From: an uncultured bacterium
GTDB taxonomy: Bacteria; Lernaellota; Lernaellaia; Lernaellales; Lernaellaceae
Direction of reading: 5' to 3'
Length of the DNA: 54,367 nt
NCBI GenBank assembly: GCA_964534375.1
Contig: CAZHPN010000014.1
Location: 1-54,367, forward strand
Below, one piece after another: positions 46,022 through 54,367 of the stretch. Made by a program: the position numbers and the translations under genes. Numbering within the stretch: position 1 is the first letter of the stretch; every line of letters begins with the position of its first letter. The notes beneath the pieces were generated by a model, which was not told the DNA's origin, ran no database searches, and was given only the letters and a program-made list of their open reading frames with translations.

Positions 46022-46459
46022 TCACTGGATTCGTTTCGCCGAGACGATCGCCGCCGCCAGAATGTGAACGATTTCTTCGCATTCCCGAACGATATCCTTC
46101 ATTCTCTCCTCCGGAACGCCGCCGCTGTCGCGAAGCAACCGCAACCAATAGAGCGTCTCGCGCGCCTCTTTATACGCGATTTGCGTTTTCGCGACAAAAT
46201 CCTTCCGGCTTTGTCCGCCTTGCGCTTCCTCGATGTTGGCGCCAATCGACGTGCCGGAGCGGATCAACTGTTGCAACAGAGGTCCCTTCGCGCCGCGGGA
46301 ATCGGCTGCGCTGCACAGTTTGACAATTCGCAAAGCGAATTGATACGTCCGGTCTTGAATGCTCGGCCAAGGTTTGGGCGCCTGATCGTCAGGGGGCGGT
46401 TTCACTTTTTCCTTTTTCCTTTTTCCTTTTTCCTTTTTCCTTTTTCCTTCTTCACTCAT
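46022..46459 (-). CDS. Four-helix-bundle protein (23S rRNA IVP / TIGR02436-like)
   Basis: RTYQFALRIVKL, QLIRSGTSIGANIEEA, SRKDF..K..IAYKEARETLYWLRLL. Start is either ATG 46459 (through the repeat) or GTG 46405. Confidence 0.9.
   Translation of the reverse strand: MSEEGKRKKEKGKRKKEKVKPPPDDQAPKPWPSIQDRTYQFALRIVKLCSAADSRGAKGPLLQQLIRSGTSIGANIEEAQGGQSRKDFVAKTQIAYKEARETLYWLRLLRDSGGVPEERMKDIVRECEEIVHILAAAIVSAKRIQ
46406..46447. repeat. (TTTTTCC)6 perfect heptamer array
   Basis: Read directly. Confidence 0.92.
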
Positions 46460-48182
46460 CGAGGTATCGATTGGTAATCGGCCAGCGCCGATCTTTCCCG
46501 AAATTTCGATGCGTGAGCTTCACACCCGGCGCGGCCTGGCGGCGTTTGTATTCGGCGCGGATGACCAGGCGCATCACGCGGCGGACGGTCGCCGGATCGA
46601 AGCCCGCGGCGGCGGCGTCGCGGACGCTGCGGTCCTGCTCGACGAGCAATTCGAGGATCGGGTCGAGCACATCGTAGGGCGGCAGCGAATCGGTGTCCTT
46701 CTGGTCGAAACGCAGTTCGGCCGTCGGGGCCTTGGTCAGGATGCGCTCGGGGATGATCGCGAGGCCGTGATGTTGGTTGAGCCACGTGCACAGCCGGTAG
46801 ACCCACGTCTTGGGGCAGTCTTTGATGACCGCGAAGCCGCCGGCCATATCGCCGTAGAGGGTCGAGTAGCCGACCGCCGACTCCGACTTGTTCGCCGTCG
46901 ACAGCACGAGATGGCCGAATTTGTTGGAATACGCCATCAGCAGATTGCCGCGGATGCGCGCCTGGATGTTTTCCTCGGTGATGTCCGGTTTGCGGCCGGC
47001 GAATGGCGCGGCCAGGGTTTCGTCGTACGCCTTCATGCACGTCTCGATCGGCCAGACGAGCAACGGAATGCCGAGGCTCCGCGCCAGCGCCTCGGCGTCG
47101 TCGCGGCTGTCGTCGCTCGAGTAGCGGCTGGGCATGAACGCGGCAGTCACCTGGGCCGGGCCGAGCGCCTCGGCGGCGATCGCCGCGACCAGCGCCGAAT
47201 CCACGCCGCCGGAGAGGCCGAGGATCACCGACGCAAAGCCGTTCTTGCGCACGTAATCGCCCGTGCCGAGCACCAAGGCGCGAAAGACCTCTTCCTCGGG
47301 AATCAGCGGCGAACGCAGCACCGTCTCGAGCGGCGGTTTGGCGGACATCGGCGGCGCCAATTCGACGACGGCGATGCGCCGGCCGGTCAGATTCGCCTGC
47401 TGCCGGTCGTGCCGGGCGCGCGTGTCGCGCAGGCGGCTGAGCTGCACCGCTTCGAGATCGAGGTCGCAAACGAGCAGTTCCTCGTCGAACGAACGTGCGC
47501 GGGCGACGGCCTTGCCGTCCTGGTCGAAGACGACGCTGGAGCCGTCGAACACCAGTTCGTCCTGCCCGCCGACGAGATTGCAATAGGCGAGGCAGGCGCC
47601 CATGTCCGACGCGCGCGTGGCCAGCATCCGTTCGCGTTCGCCGATCTTTCCGCGGTGATACGGGCTGGAGCTGACATTGAGAATCACCTGCGCGCCGCCG
47701 ACGATCACTTCCTCTTCGGCCGGCCCGCCGGGCACCCAGATGTCTTCGCACACGGTGATGCCGATTGCGCACTGGCCGAGCTTCAGCACCAGCGGCGCGA
47801 CGCCCGACTGGAAATACCGGTATTCGTCGAACACGCCGTAGTTGGGCAGGCGAATCTTGCGGTACACCGCCTGCACGGCGCCGTCCGCGCAGATCGCCGC
47901 CGCATTGTAGACGTCGTCGGCGACCTCGATGAAGCCGACGACGACGACCGCGCCTTGCGCGGCCGCGGCGATGCGGTCGAGCGCGCCGCGGTTTTGCTTG
48001 AGGAAGTGCGGCCGCAGCAGCAGATCCTCCGGCGGATAGCCGCTGACGGCGAGTTCCGGAAAGGCCACGAGGTCCGCGCCGGCGGCTTCGGCCTCGCCGA
48101 TCGCGGCGATCACCCGGTCGGCGTTGCGTTCGATGTCGCCGACCACGCTGTTGATTTGTCCGAGAGCGATTCGCAAATTCAT
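46452..48182 (-). CDS. nadE: Glutamine-dependent NAD+ synthetase
   Basis: FPELAVSGYPPEDL, LPNYGVFDE, CEDIW, GLSGGVDS, ENIQARIRG, NKSE, PTAEL..QKD.DSLPPY. Confidence 0.95.
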   Translation of the reverse strand: MNLRIALGQINSVVGDIERNADRVIAAIGEAEAAGADLVAFPELAVSGYPPEDLLLRPHFLKQNRGALDRIAAAAQGAVVVVGFIEVADDVYNAAAICADGAVQAVYRKIRLPNYGVFDEYRYFQSGVAPLVLKLGQCAIGITVCEDIWVPGGPAEEEVIVGGAQVILNVSSSPYHRGKIGERERMLATRASDMGACLAYCNLVGGQDELVFDGSSVVFDQDGKAVARARSFDEELLVCDLDLEAVQLSRLRDTRARHDRQQANLTGRRIAVVELAPPMSAKPPLETVLRSPLIPEEEVFRALVLGTGDYVRKNGFASVILGLSGGVDSALVAAIAAEALGPAQVTAAFMPSRYSSDDSRDDAEALARSLGIPLLVWPIETCMKAYDETLAAPFAGRKPDITEENIQARIRGNLLMAYSNKFGHLVLSTANKSESAVGYSTLYGDMAGGFAVIKDCPKTWVYRLCTWLNQHHGLAIIPERILTKAPTAELRFDQKDTDSLPPYDVLDPILELLVEQDRSVRDAAAAGFDPATVRRVMRLVIRAEYKRRQAAPGVKLTHRNFGKDRRWPITNRYLDE

Positions 48183-48273
48183 CGCGCCAACCTCGATTCG
48201 TGTGGGTCGACGAATCTTAGCATAGTCATCGCCGGCAAAACTATCGAGGTGAGCGGATGGTCCAACGCCAGCG

Positions 48274-48440
48274 TGGAAACCATGAAACCCACGGAGACCG
48301 TTGATAAATTGCACCTCCGGCCGCAGACCACCGACCACTGAGAACGGAAAGTTTTTCGGGAGCACAAACCGGAATGGTGAATATCGACTTGAGATTGGAG
48401 AATTTCGGGCGGCGCCGCCCATTCTTCATTCGCCATTCTG
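48274..48440. repeat. Cluster of degenerate 7-9-nt repeats upstream of nadE
   Basis: tggaaaccatgaaacccacggagacc; cagaccaccgaccactga; cattcttcattcgccattct. Confidence 0.5.
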
Positions 48441-48549
48441 GGTCGGACAACCGAAACAGCGGTTTGCGATTAGACCCGGGTCGATGGGCCATGGCGTGAC
48501 CGGATGCGTTTAAGTTAGCGCGTAAGGAGGGGGGGGACCCCGCCGCGGG

Positions 48550-49116
48550 TTAGTTCCCCGTCGTGCTGTCGGTGCCGATCAGGAAGGCGAACACGCCAGG
48601 CGTTTGGGACATGTCGAGGCCGTTTTGACGGACCAAATTCTCGAACGCCGCGCCGGGCATGCCGTCCGTGCCGCCGAAACCCGAGGGCTGCAGCACCAGA
48701 TATGCGCCGCCTTTGGTGACGCCGTCCCCGAGACTGGACGCGGAGAATTTGTCCCATTCATATAAACCGCCCCACGGATTGAGCGGCCACTTGTCCATAT
48801 ACGGGCCTCGCCACATCGAAAGATCGAGCGACTCCCAATCTCCGCTATGACCCACTCCCTGCCATCCGTACTCGGTTACCAGACCCGGGTCCGTACCGCG
48901 ATAGACCGACGGCGGAAGTACGCCGATGTCGAAGGCAAAGCGGGCGGAGGCCTGTTGCATCGTATTAATGTCGGATTGCAGCACCGCGAGCATCGCCTGT
49001 TGGCGCGCATTGGTTTCCATGCCGATGGCGATTGCGACCAGAATGGCGGCGATCATCATCGTCAACATAAGTTCCATAAGGCTGAAGCCGCGTTCGTTAT
49101 TCTTCTCAGCTTTCAT
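48550..49116 (-). CDS. Type IV pilin / GspG-like pseudopilin
   Basis: ERG^FSLMEL prepilin cleavage/methylation site, hydrophobic helix, WRGPY..PLNPWG. Confidence 0.85.
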   Translation of the reverse strand: MKAEKNNERGFSLMELMLTMMIAAILVAIAIGMETNARQQAMLAVLQSDINTMQQASARFAFDIGVLPPSVYRGTDPGLVTEYGWQGVGHSGDWESLDLSMWRGPYMDKWPLNPWGGLYEWDKFSASSLGDGVTKGGAYLVLQPSGFGGTDGMPGAAFENLVRQNGLDMSQTPGVFAFLIGTDSTTGN

Positions 49117-49200
49117 TTTCTTCCCCCCGGTCACGTGATCCGCTCCCCGCGGCTCGGTTCTCCGTCGCTCACACAATCGACCGTCTGACTATAAGGCAAG

Positions 49201-49217
49201 TGCAAACCCGGCGCCAG
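49201..49217 (-). promoter_or_regulatory. Sigma-54 promoter of the pilin gene
   Basis: Minus strand CTGGCGCCGGGTTTGCA = TGGC..TTGCA with GG-N10-GC, about 85 nt upstream of the ATG. Confidence 0.7.
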
Positions 49218-49766
49218 ATTGCCCGCTCGCGGACGGTCTGCGTCAGGAAAGTGGGTTTCCGTGAATTCCCGAGGGAATCGAGGCCCGTCGTGCAGTAGTG
49301 GCGCTGCACGCGCCATTTTTCCTCGCAACTACGCGGATTCCCCTCTCGGAAATAAGACTTAGCTGGATAGCGCGACCCCTCCCCGCCCACGCTCCGAGCG
49401 TAGCCGAGGAGGGGTCCGCGCGGAGAAACGATTGGGCAAACACGCTTTTCGAAGCATCGCTGCTCTTAATCCTAATGCCTATGCCACGTCGGGGAGGGGC
49501 AGGTCGAACACGCGACCGCGTGATCGACTGGGGAAAGGTCCACGCGAAAAAACACGGCGCCGGTGTGGCAATTCGACCCGCGCTTATTTTAGCGCCGATT
49601 GGGGGTCGTGCCTGGCGGCAGTCAAACCCAATTTCATGACGCAGGCCGGCCCGCGGAGCGGCCTCAAGAAACACTTTCGGCAACGCAAGCGATCCGCCAT
49701 TCATTACTTTTTTTCCGCATGCTTTACATATTTACCGGGCGACCGGCCTCCGGTATGCTCCGCCGC

Positions 49767-50510
49767 ATGGCACGAATCGTTTACGGAAAACGCCCGGTGG
49801 AAGAGGCGCTGCGGCACGGCGCGGGGCAGATTCGCGCGCTGTTTCTCGACGCCGCGAAGCGGTCGGCCTTTCCCGAGATCGTGGAATTGGCGGCGGCGGC
49901 CGCGCTCGAGCCGGCGTGGGTCGGCCGCGCCGAATTGGATCGCCTGAGCGGCGTCTTCAAGCACCAGGGCGCGGCGGTCGAGATGAACGATTTCGCCTAC
50001 TCGTCGGTCAAAGACTACGTCGCGCGCCGGAGCGACGGGCCGCGGCTGGTCGCGGCGCTGGACGGCGTGACCGATCCGCAAAACTTCGGGGCCTGCCTGC
50101 GCGCGGCGGGGGCGTTCGGCGCGGGTCTCGTCGTCACCACCAAGCACCGCGGCTGCCCGGTGAACCCGGCGGTGGCCAAAGCGAGCGCCGGGGCCACCGA
50201 GGCGGTGGCGATCGCCCGCGAAGCCAACTTGGTCCAAGCCCTGAAACGACTGAAGGACGCCGGCTTCTGGATCTACGGCCTGGACCATCAGGCGCCGGCG
50301 GAACTCGCCGATTGCGACCTCACCGGCGACGTCGCGTTGGTGCTGGGCAGCGAAGGCGAGGGCTTGCACCGCCTGGCCCGTGAAACCTGCGACGCGCTGG
50401 CCCGCATCCCGGCCGCCGGGCCGATCGCCAGCCTCAACGTGGCGCAGGCCTGCGCGGTCGGCTTTTACGAAGTGGTCCGGCAGCGCGCCGCCCGGCGGCG
50501 GCGCGACTGA
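49767..50510 (+). CDS. rlmB: 23S rRNA (Gm2251) 2'-O-methyltransferase RlmB (TrmH/SPOUT family)
   Basis: HQG, LDGVTDPQNFGACLR, KASAG, VLGSEGEG, SLNVA. Confidence 0.88.
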   Translation: MARIVYGKRPVEEALRHGAGQIRALFLDAAKRSAFPEIVELAAAAALEPAWVGRAELDRLSGVFKHQGAAVEMNDFAYSSVKDYVARRSDGPRLVAALDGVTDPQNFGACLRAAGAFGAGLVVTTKHRGCPVNPAVAKASAGATEAVAIAREANLVQALKRLKDAGFWIYGLDHQAPAELADCDLTGDVALVLGSEGEGLHRLARETCDALARIPAAGPIASLNVAQACAVGFYEVVRQRAARRRRD

Positions 50511-50601
50511 ACGCGATTTTTTCTTGCTCGACGTTGACGCTTCGTGCTACGTTTTTCGCGCTCGCTTGATCTTTTCCGACGCGCCGAACGGGGGACATCG
50601 C

Positions 50602-51315
50602 ATGGACAAACGCCGGCAAGTTCGCGTGGCCAAGAATCTGCTGGGAAAGGTGACGACGCTGACGTCGTCGTTTTTCGCGTACGTACAGGATCTGGCCAAG
50701 ACCGGCATCGGCATCAGTTGCAATCGGAAGCTGCCGATCGGCGAGGCGGTCGAAGTCGCGCTGAACATGCCCGAACGGCCGACGATGACGCTCAAAGGCC
50801 GCATTGCGTGGGTGCGCGCGCTGCCGTCGATTGCGAAGAACAAATTCCAATACGGAATCCACCTGGACGACCCGCCGCCGGTGTTCGTACAAACCGTGGA
50901 GGCGTTGGTCAAGCGCGATTTCGAGCGACGGAAACATCCGCGGTTTCTGGATGTGCTGCTCATCGAGAGCAAGGATGTCCTCGACCTGATGGATTGCTCG
51001 ACGACCGATGTTTCGGCCGGCGGGCTGTATGTCGGCACGAATCAGCCGCTGGAAATGGGCCGGCAGTACACGCTGAAGCTGTCGATGGATCCGCCGCCGG
51101 AACCGCTCTATTGCCTGGTGGAAGTGGTGGCCGTCTACGACACCAGCGGCGAAGAGTTTTCGCACCCGTACGGCGCCGGCGTCCGGTTCATTTCGTTTGC
51201 CGGCGACGGCGAGCAACGCTTTGGCGAGTACCTGCGGCGGCTGGAAGACCTGTACCGGTACCACTGGCCGCCCAAAGCCGAAAATCCGGACGAAGCGGAC
51301 GTCGAAATCGCGTAG
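50602..51315 (+). CDS. Tandem PilZ-domain protein
   Basis: RRQVR..DLAKTG and RRKHPR..DVSAGG c-di-GMP-binding motifs. Confidence 0.75.
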   Translation: MDKRRQVRVAKNLLGKVTTLTSSFFAYVQDLAKTGIGISCNRKLPIGEAVEVALNMPERPTMTLKGRIAWVRALPSIAKNKFQYGIHLDDPPPVFVQTVEALVKRDFERRKHPRFLDVLLIESKDVLDLMDCSTTDVSAGGLYVGTNQPLEMGRQYTLKLSMDPPPEPLYCLVEVVAVYDTSGEEFSHPYGAGVRFISFAGDGEQRFGEYLRRLEDLYRYHWPPKAENPDEADVEIA

Positions 51316-51401
51316 CGCCCCGTCCTTCTTCGAATTGCACACCTTTCCCGCGACGGTCAAGGTGCGGCGCCGATGCGGCCGACCGCTCCCAGACTTCTCT
51401 A

Positions 51402-52406
51402 TCAGACGTAGAACATCCGCTCGATCAGGTCGATCATCCGGTTGGAATAGCCCCATTCGTTGTCGTACCAAGACGAGACCTTGATCCAGTTGCCGTTGAG
51501 CGCCTGGGTCAGCAACGAATCGAAGATCGACGAGTGCTCGTTGCCGATGATGTCCACCGAGACGATCGGGTCGATCGTATATTCGATGATGCCGCGGAAG
51601 TCGGTCATCGACGCTTTTTTGACGGCGTCGTTGATGGCCGTCACCGTCGCCGGCTTGTCGAGTTCGAGGATCAGGTCGCAGATCGAGCCGTCGGCGACCG
51701 GCACGCGATAGGCCATGCCCTGCATCTTGCCGTTCAGGGCCGGAATGACCTTGCCGATCGCCTTCGCGGCGCCGGTCGTGGTCGGAATGACCGACAGCGC
51801 GGCCGCGCGCGCGCGCCTCAGATCCTTGTGCGGGAAGTCGAGCAGGCGCTGGTCGTTGGTGTAGGCGTGCACCGTGACCATGTAGCCGCGCCGCACGCCG
51901 AAATGGTCGTGCAGCACCTTCACCACGGGCGCCGCGCAGTTCGTCGTGCACGAGGCGTTCGAGACCAGCTTCATCTCGCGCGTCAACGTGTTGCTGTTGA
52001 CGCCCATGACGATCGTGGCGTCGAGCTCGTCTTTCGGCGGCACCGCCAGCGCGACCTTTTTCGCCCCGGCCTTCAGGTGCTGCTCGAGTTGCTCGCGTTT
52101 GGTGAACTTGCCCGTCGAATCGACGACGATATCGACGTTCAGTTCCTTCCAGGGCAGCTTGGCCGGGTCTTTGACGGCCGTCAGCCGAATCTTGTTGCCG
52201 CCGACGAGCAGGTATTCGCCGTCGATTTGCGCCAGATCCTTGTAGGTGCCGTGAATCGAATCGTATTTGAACGAAAGGAGCAGTTGCTCCGGATCGGTCA
52301 GGTCGTTGATGCCGACGAACTCCAGATCGACCTTTCGTTGCAAGGCGGCCCGCAGCACCGAACGGCCCACGCGCCCAAAACCGTTAATCGCTACACGCAG
52401 CGTCAT
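51402..52406 (-). CDS. gap: Glyceraldehyde-3-phosphate dehydrogenase type I
   Basis: INGFGRVGR, SNASCTTNC, HAYTNDQ, WYDNEWGYS. Confidence 0.93.
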   Translation of the reverse strand: MTLRVAINGFGRVGRSVLRAALQRKVDLEFVGINDLTDPEQLLLSFKYDSIHGTYKDLAQIDGEYLLVGGNKIRLTAVKDPAKLPWKELNVDIVVDSTGKFTKREQLEQHLKAGAKKVALAVPPKDELDATIVMGVNSNTLTREMKLVSNASCTTNCAAPVVKVLHDHFGVRRGYMVTVHAYTNDQRLLDFPHKDLRRARAAALSVIPTTTGAAKAIGKVIPALNGKMQGMAYRVPVADGSICDLILELDKPATVTAINDAVKKASMTDFRGIIEYTIDPIVSVDIIGNEHSSIFDSLLTQALNGNWIKVSSWYDNEWGYSNRMIDLIERMFYV

Positions 52407-52419
52407 CGGAGTTCTCCTT

Positions 52420-53466
52420 TCAAGCCCAAACGTTTTTGCCCAGGCCGTCGATCTTCAAAATGAGGTCGATTACGCGGTTCGCATAACCCAATTCGTTGTC
52501 GAACCAGGCCGAAACCTTGAAAAACTTGTCGTCGACCGCCTGCGTCAAACCCGCGTCGAACACCGCCGAAAAGGTGCTGCCGACGATGTCCACCGAAACC
52601 AACGGGTCGGTCGAATAGTCCACGATGCTCTGGAATCGCGGTTGTTGCACGGCGGCGGCGACCATCTTGTTGATCGCTTCGACCGAGGTCGGCTTGGTCG
52701 TCACGAACGTTAGATCGACGACGGAGCCGTCGGGGATCGGCACGCGGTGGGCGGCCGTGAAGACCTTGCCCTTGAGCGCCGACAAGACTTGCTCCACGCC
52801 TTTGCCCGCGTTCGTCGTCGTGGGGATGATCGACAGCGCGGCGGCCCGGCTGCGCCGGACCTTGGGGTGCGGGTAATCGAGCAAGCGCTGGTCGCTCGTA
52901 TAGGCGTGAACCGTCATCAGCACCAGCGTTTCGATGCCGAACGCCTCGTGCAACAGGTAAGTCAGCGGCACGGCGGCGTTGGTGGTGCACGAACCGGCGT
53001 CGATCACGCGCTCCTTGCCGGTCAGCTTGTCGTCGTTGACGCCCATGATCACCGCAACGTCCGCGTCGTACCCGGCGGGCGGCGGATACACAATCACCTT
53101 TTTCGCGCCGGCCTTCAGGTGCGCCTCGATCTGCGGCCGCGTCGGGAACGCATCGGTGGTGTCCACCACCACGTCGGTCGGGATTTCCTTCCACGGCAAC
53201 TTCGCGTTGTCGCGTTCGCCCATGACGCGGATTTGGTCGCCGCCGAACTCCAGAATCTGGTTGCCCTTTTCGTCCTGAAAGATCTTCACCTGATCCTTCG
53301 GGTAGGCCCCGTGCACCGAATCGAACCGCAGATTGGCCGCCAGCAACGCCGGGTCGGCGACGTCGTTGACGACCGTGAATTTCAAGGGCGCCTTTCGGCG
53401 CGTCGCTTCGCGCAGGATCGCGCGCCCGGTTCGGCCGAAACCATTGAGACCGACGCGAATAGACAT
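52420..53466 (-). CDS. Second, more divergent GAPDH-family dehydrogenase
   Basis: LNGFGRTGR, AGSCTTNA, HAYTSDQ, WFDNELGYA. Confidence 0.88.
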   Translation of the reverse strand: MSIRVGLNGFGRTGRAILREATRRKAPLKFTVVNDVADPALLAANLRFDSVHGAYPKDQVKIFQDEKGNQILEFGGDQIRVMGERDNAKLPWKEIPTDVVVDTTDAFPTRPQIEAHLKAGAKKVIVYPPPAGYDADVAVIMGVNDDKLTGKERVIDAGSCTTNAAVPLTYLLHEAFGIETLVLMTVHAYTSDQRLLDYPHPKVRRSRAAALSIIPTTTNAGKGVEQVLSALKGKVFTAAHRVPIPDGSVVDLTFVTTKPTSVEAINKMVAAAVQQPRFQSIVDYSTDPLVSVDIVGSTFSAVFDAGLTQAVDDKFFKVSAWFDNELGYANRVIDLILKIDGLGKNVWA

Positions 53467-53662
53467 GATCGCCTCCGTAACGGATTAAAAATGCGTGAGA
53501 GATTTAAGTCCTTAAACTATTTAATGCAACTGCCGACCGTACAATATTGCACAATTTAGCGAACGGCCCGTTTGTTGGTTTGTGGCGGCCGTCTGACCGT
53601 GCTAAAAAACGAAAACGCGCGGTGCAACAATTCGCAGTCACGCGCCGGCAAAGGGGAACGAC

Positions 53663-54058
53663 GTGGATATCACCGTGGTTTTTTCGGGCAATAAGAAGAT
53701 CGATGCCCAAGTCGAGGGCTTCACGATCCAGACCGACCAGCCGGTCGCCGGCGGCGGCGACGGGTCGGCGCCGTCGCCGTATCAGGTTTTTCTGGCGAGC
53801 TTGGCGGCCTGCGCCGGCATCTATGTTGTGGGTTTCTTGCAGAATCGCGACCTGCCGCTCGAAGGCGTCCGCCTGGTGCAGCACCATTTTTACGACCCGA
53901 CGACCCGCCGCCTGACCAAGATCGAGCATGAAATCTTCCTGCCGCCGTCGTTTCCGGAGAAATACCGCGAGGCGCTCGCCCGCGTCGTCGGCATGTGCGC
54001 CGTCAAGAAGACGATCATGGACCCGCCGGAGATCGAAGTGAAAATTACGCCAGCGTAA
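53663..54058 (+). CDS. OsmC-family protein
   Basis: TDQP..GGDGSAPSPY..FLASLAACAG, CAVKKTI; GTG start with a GGGG RBS. Confidence 0.85.
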   Translation: MDITVVFSGNKKIDAQVEGFTIQTDQPVAGGGDGSAPSPYQVFLASLAACAGIYVVGFLQNRDLPLEGVRLVQHHFYDPTTRRLTKIEHEIFLPPSFPEKYREALARVVGMCAVKKTIMDPPEIEVKITPA

Positions 54059-54095
54059 CGGCGAGCGGATGGGTCCGGGAGCGCTGGTTCCTGCA

Positions 54096-54163
54096 GAATG
54101 TCGAATGGCGAATGGGCGACGCGACCCGAATTTCTCCATTCTCCATTCAACATTCGACATTCC
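54096..54163. repeat. Inverted heptamer arrays (CGAATG[T/G] versus CATTC[T/G/A]) forming a hairpin downstream of the OsmC gene
   Basis: gaatgtcgaatggcgaatgg ... ccattctccattcaacattcgacattc. Confidence 0.8.
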
Positions 54164-54215
54164 CGCCTTTTGAGCCTCTTGCATAAATACCGGCTCAATG
54201 CGCGACGCGTCGCGC

Positions 54216-54278
54216 CGACCCCTCCCCGAAAATTTCGGTTCCCGAAATTTTCCGCCCCTCCCCGACGCGGAGAGGGGC
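54216..54278. repeat. REP-like double-hairpin element
   Basis: cgacccctcccc; gaaaatttcgg-ttc-ccgaaattttc stem; gcccctc...gaggggc stem. Confidence 0.6.
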
Positions 54279-54367
54279 CAAGGGGAGAAACCGCAGTCGG
54301 TGTCGGGACCGCAAATGATCTCGCAAAACCCTCGAATTCGCTTTCGTAGATGCAAAAAGTGATTTTT

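Noticed and set aside
46022..46459. Four-helix-bundle gene as the Avd of a DGR serving the DUF1566 gene
   Set aside because: No adjacent reverse transcriptase or template repeat; the motifs fit the generic IVP family; the two loci are over 40 kb apart
49425..49520. Possible c-di-GMP-I riboswitch (GGGCAAAC) near the pilin gene
   Set aside because: It is on the opposite strand to the pilin, and I cannot find the GAAA tetraloop/receptor or the GCAAAG second stem

Overview
This is a GC-rich bacterial chromosomal segment, probably from an uncultured deltaproteobacteria-like lineage (inferred from gene content and the Asp-rich lipoproteins). Housekeeping genes are aspS, lemA plus two TPM genes, hemW, nadE, rlmB, two tandem gap genes, an amidase, a PatA/PatB-like O-acetylation pair and a TatT-TRAP transporter. 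Accessory material is interleaved with them. Highlights: (1) a translationally coupled operon of carbamoyltransferase, a ~2266-aa protein with five radical-SAM CxxxCxxC motifs (one SPASM/twitch-type plus four B12-binding modules) and an SGNH hydrolase; (2) pervasive 7-9-nt short tandem repeats, often as inverted pairs, in intergenic DNA, including arrays that bracket a four-helix-bundle gene and a copy that appears to encode the amidase signal peptide; (3) a sigma-54 activator gene with an in-frame TAG, flanked by two paralogous small genes whose -24/-12 promoters and TGCA-N6-TGCA boxes have identical spacing; (4) a DUF1566/CLec lipoprotein that could be a DGR target. No rRNA, tRNA, CRISPR array, transposase or reverse transcriptase was recognised. 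All family assignments come from motif recognition, not database searches.
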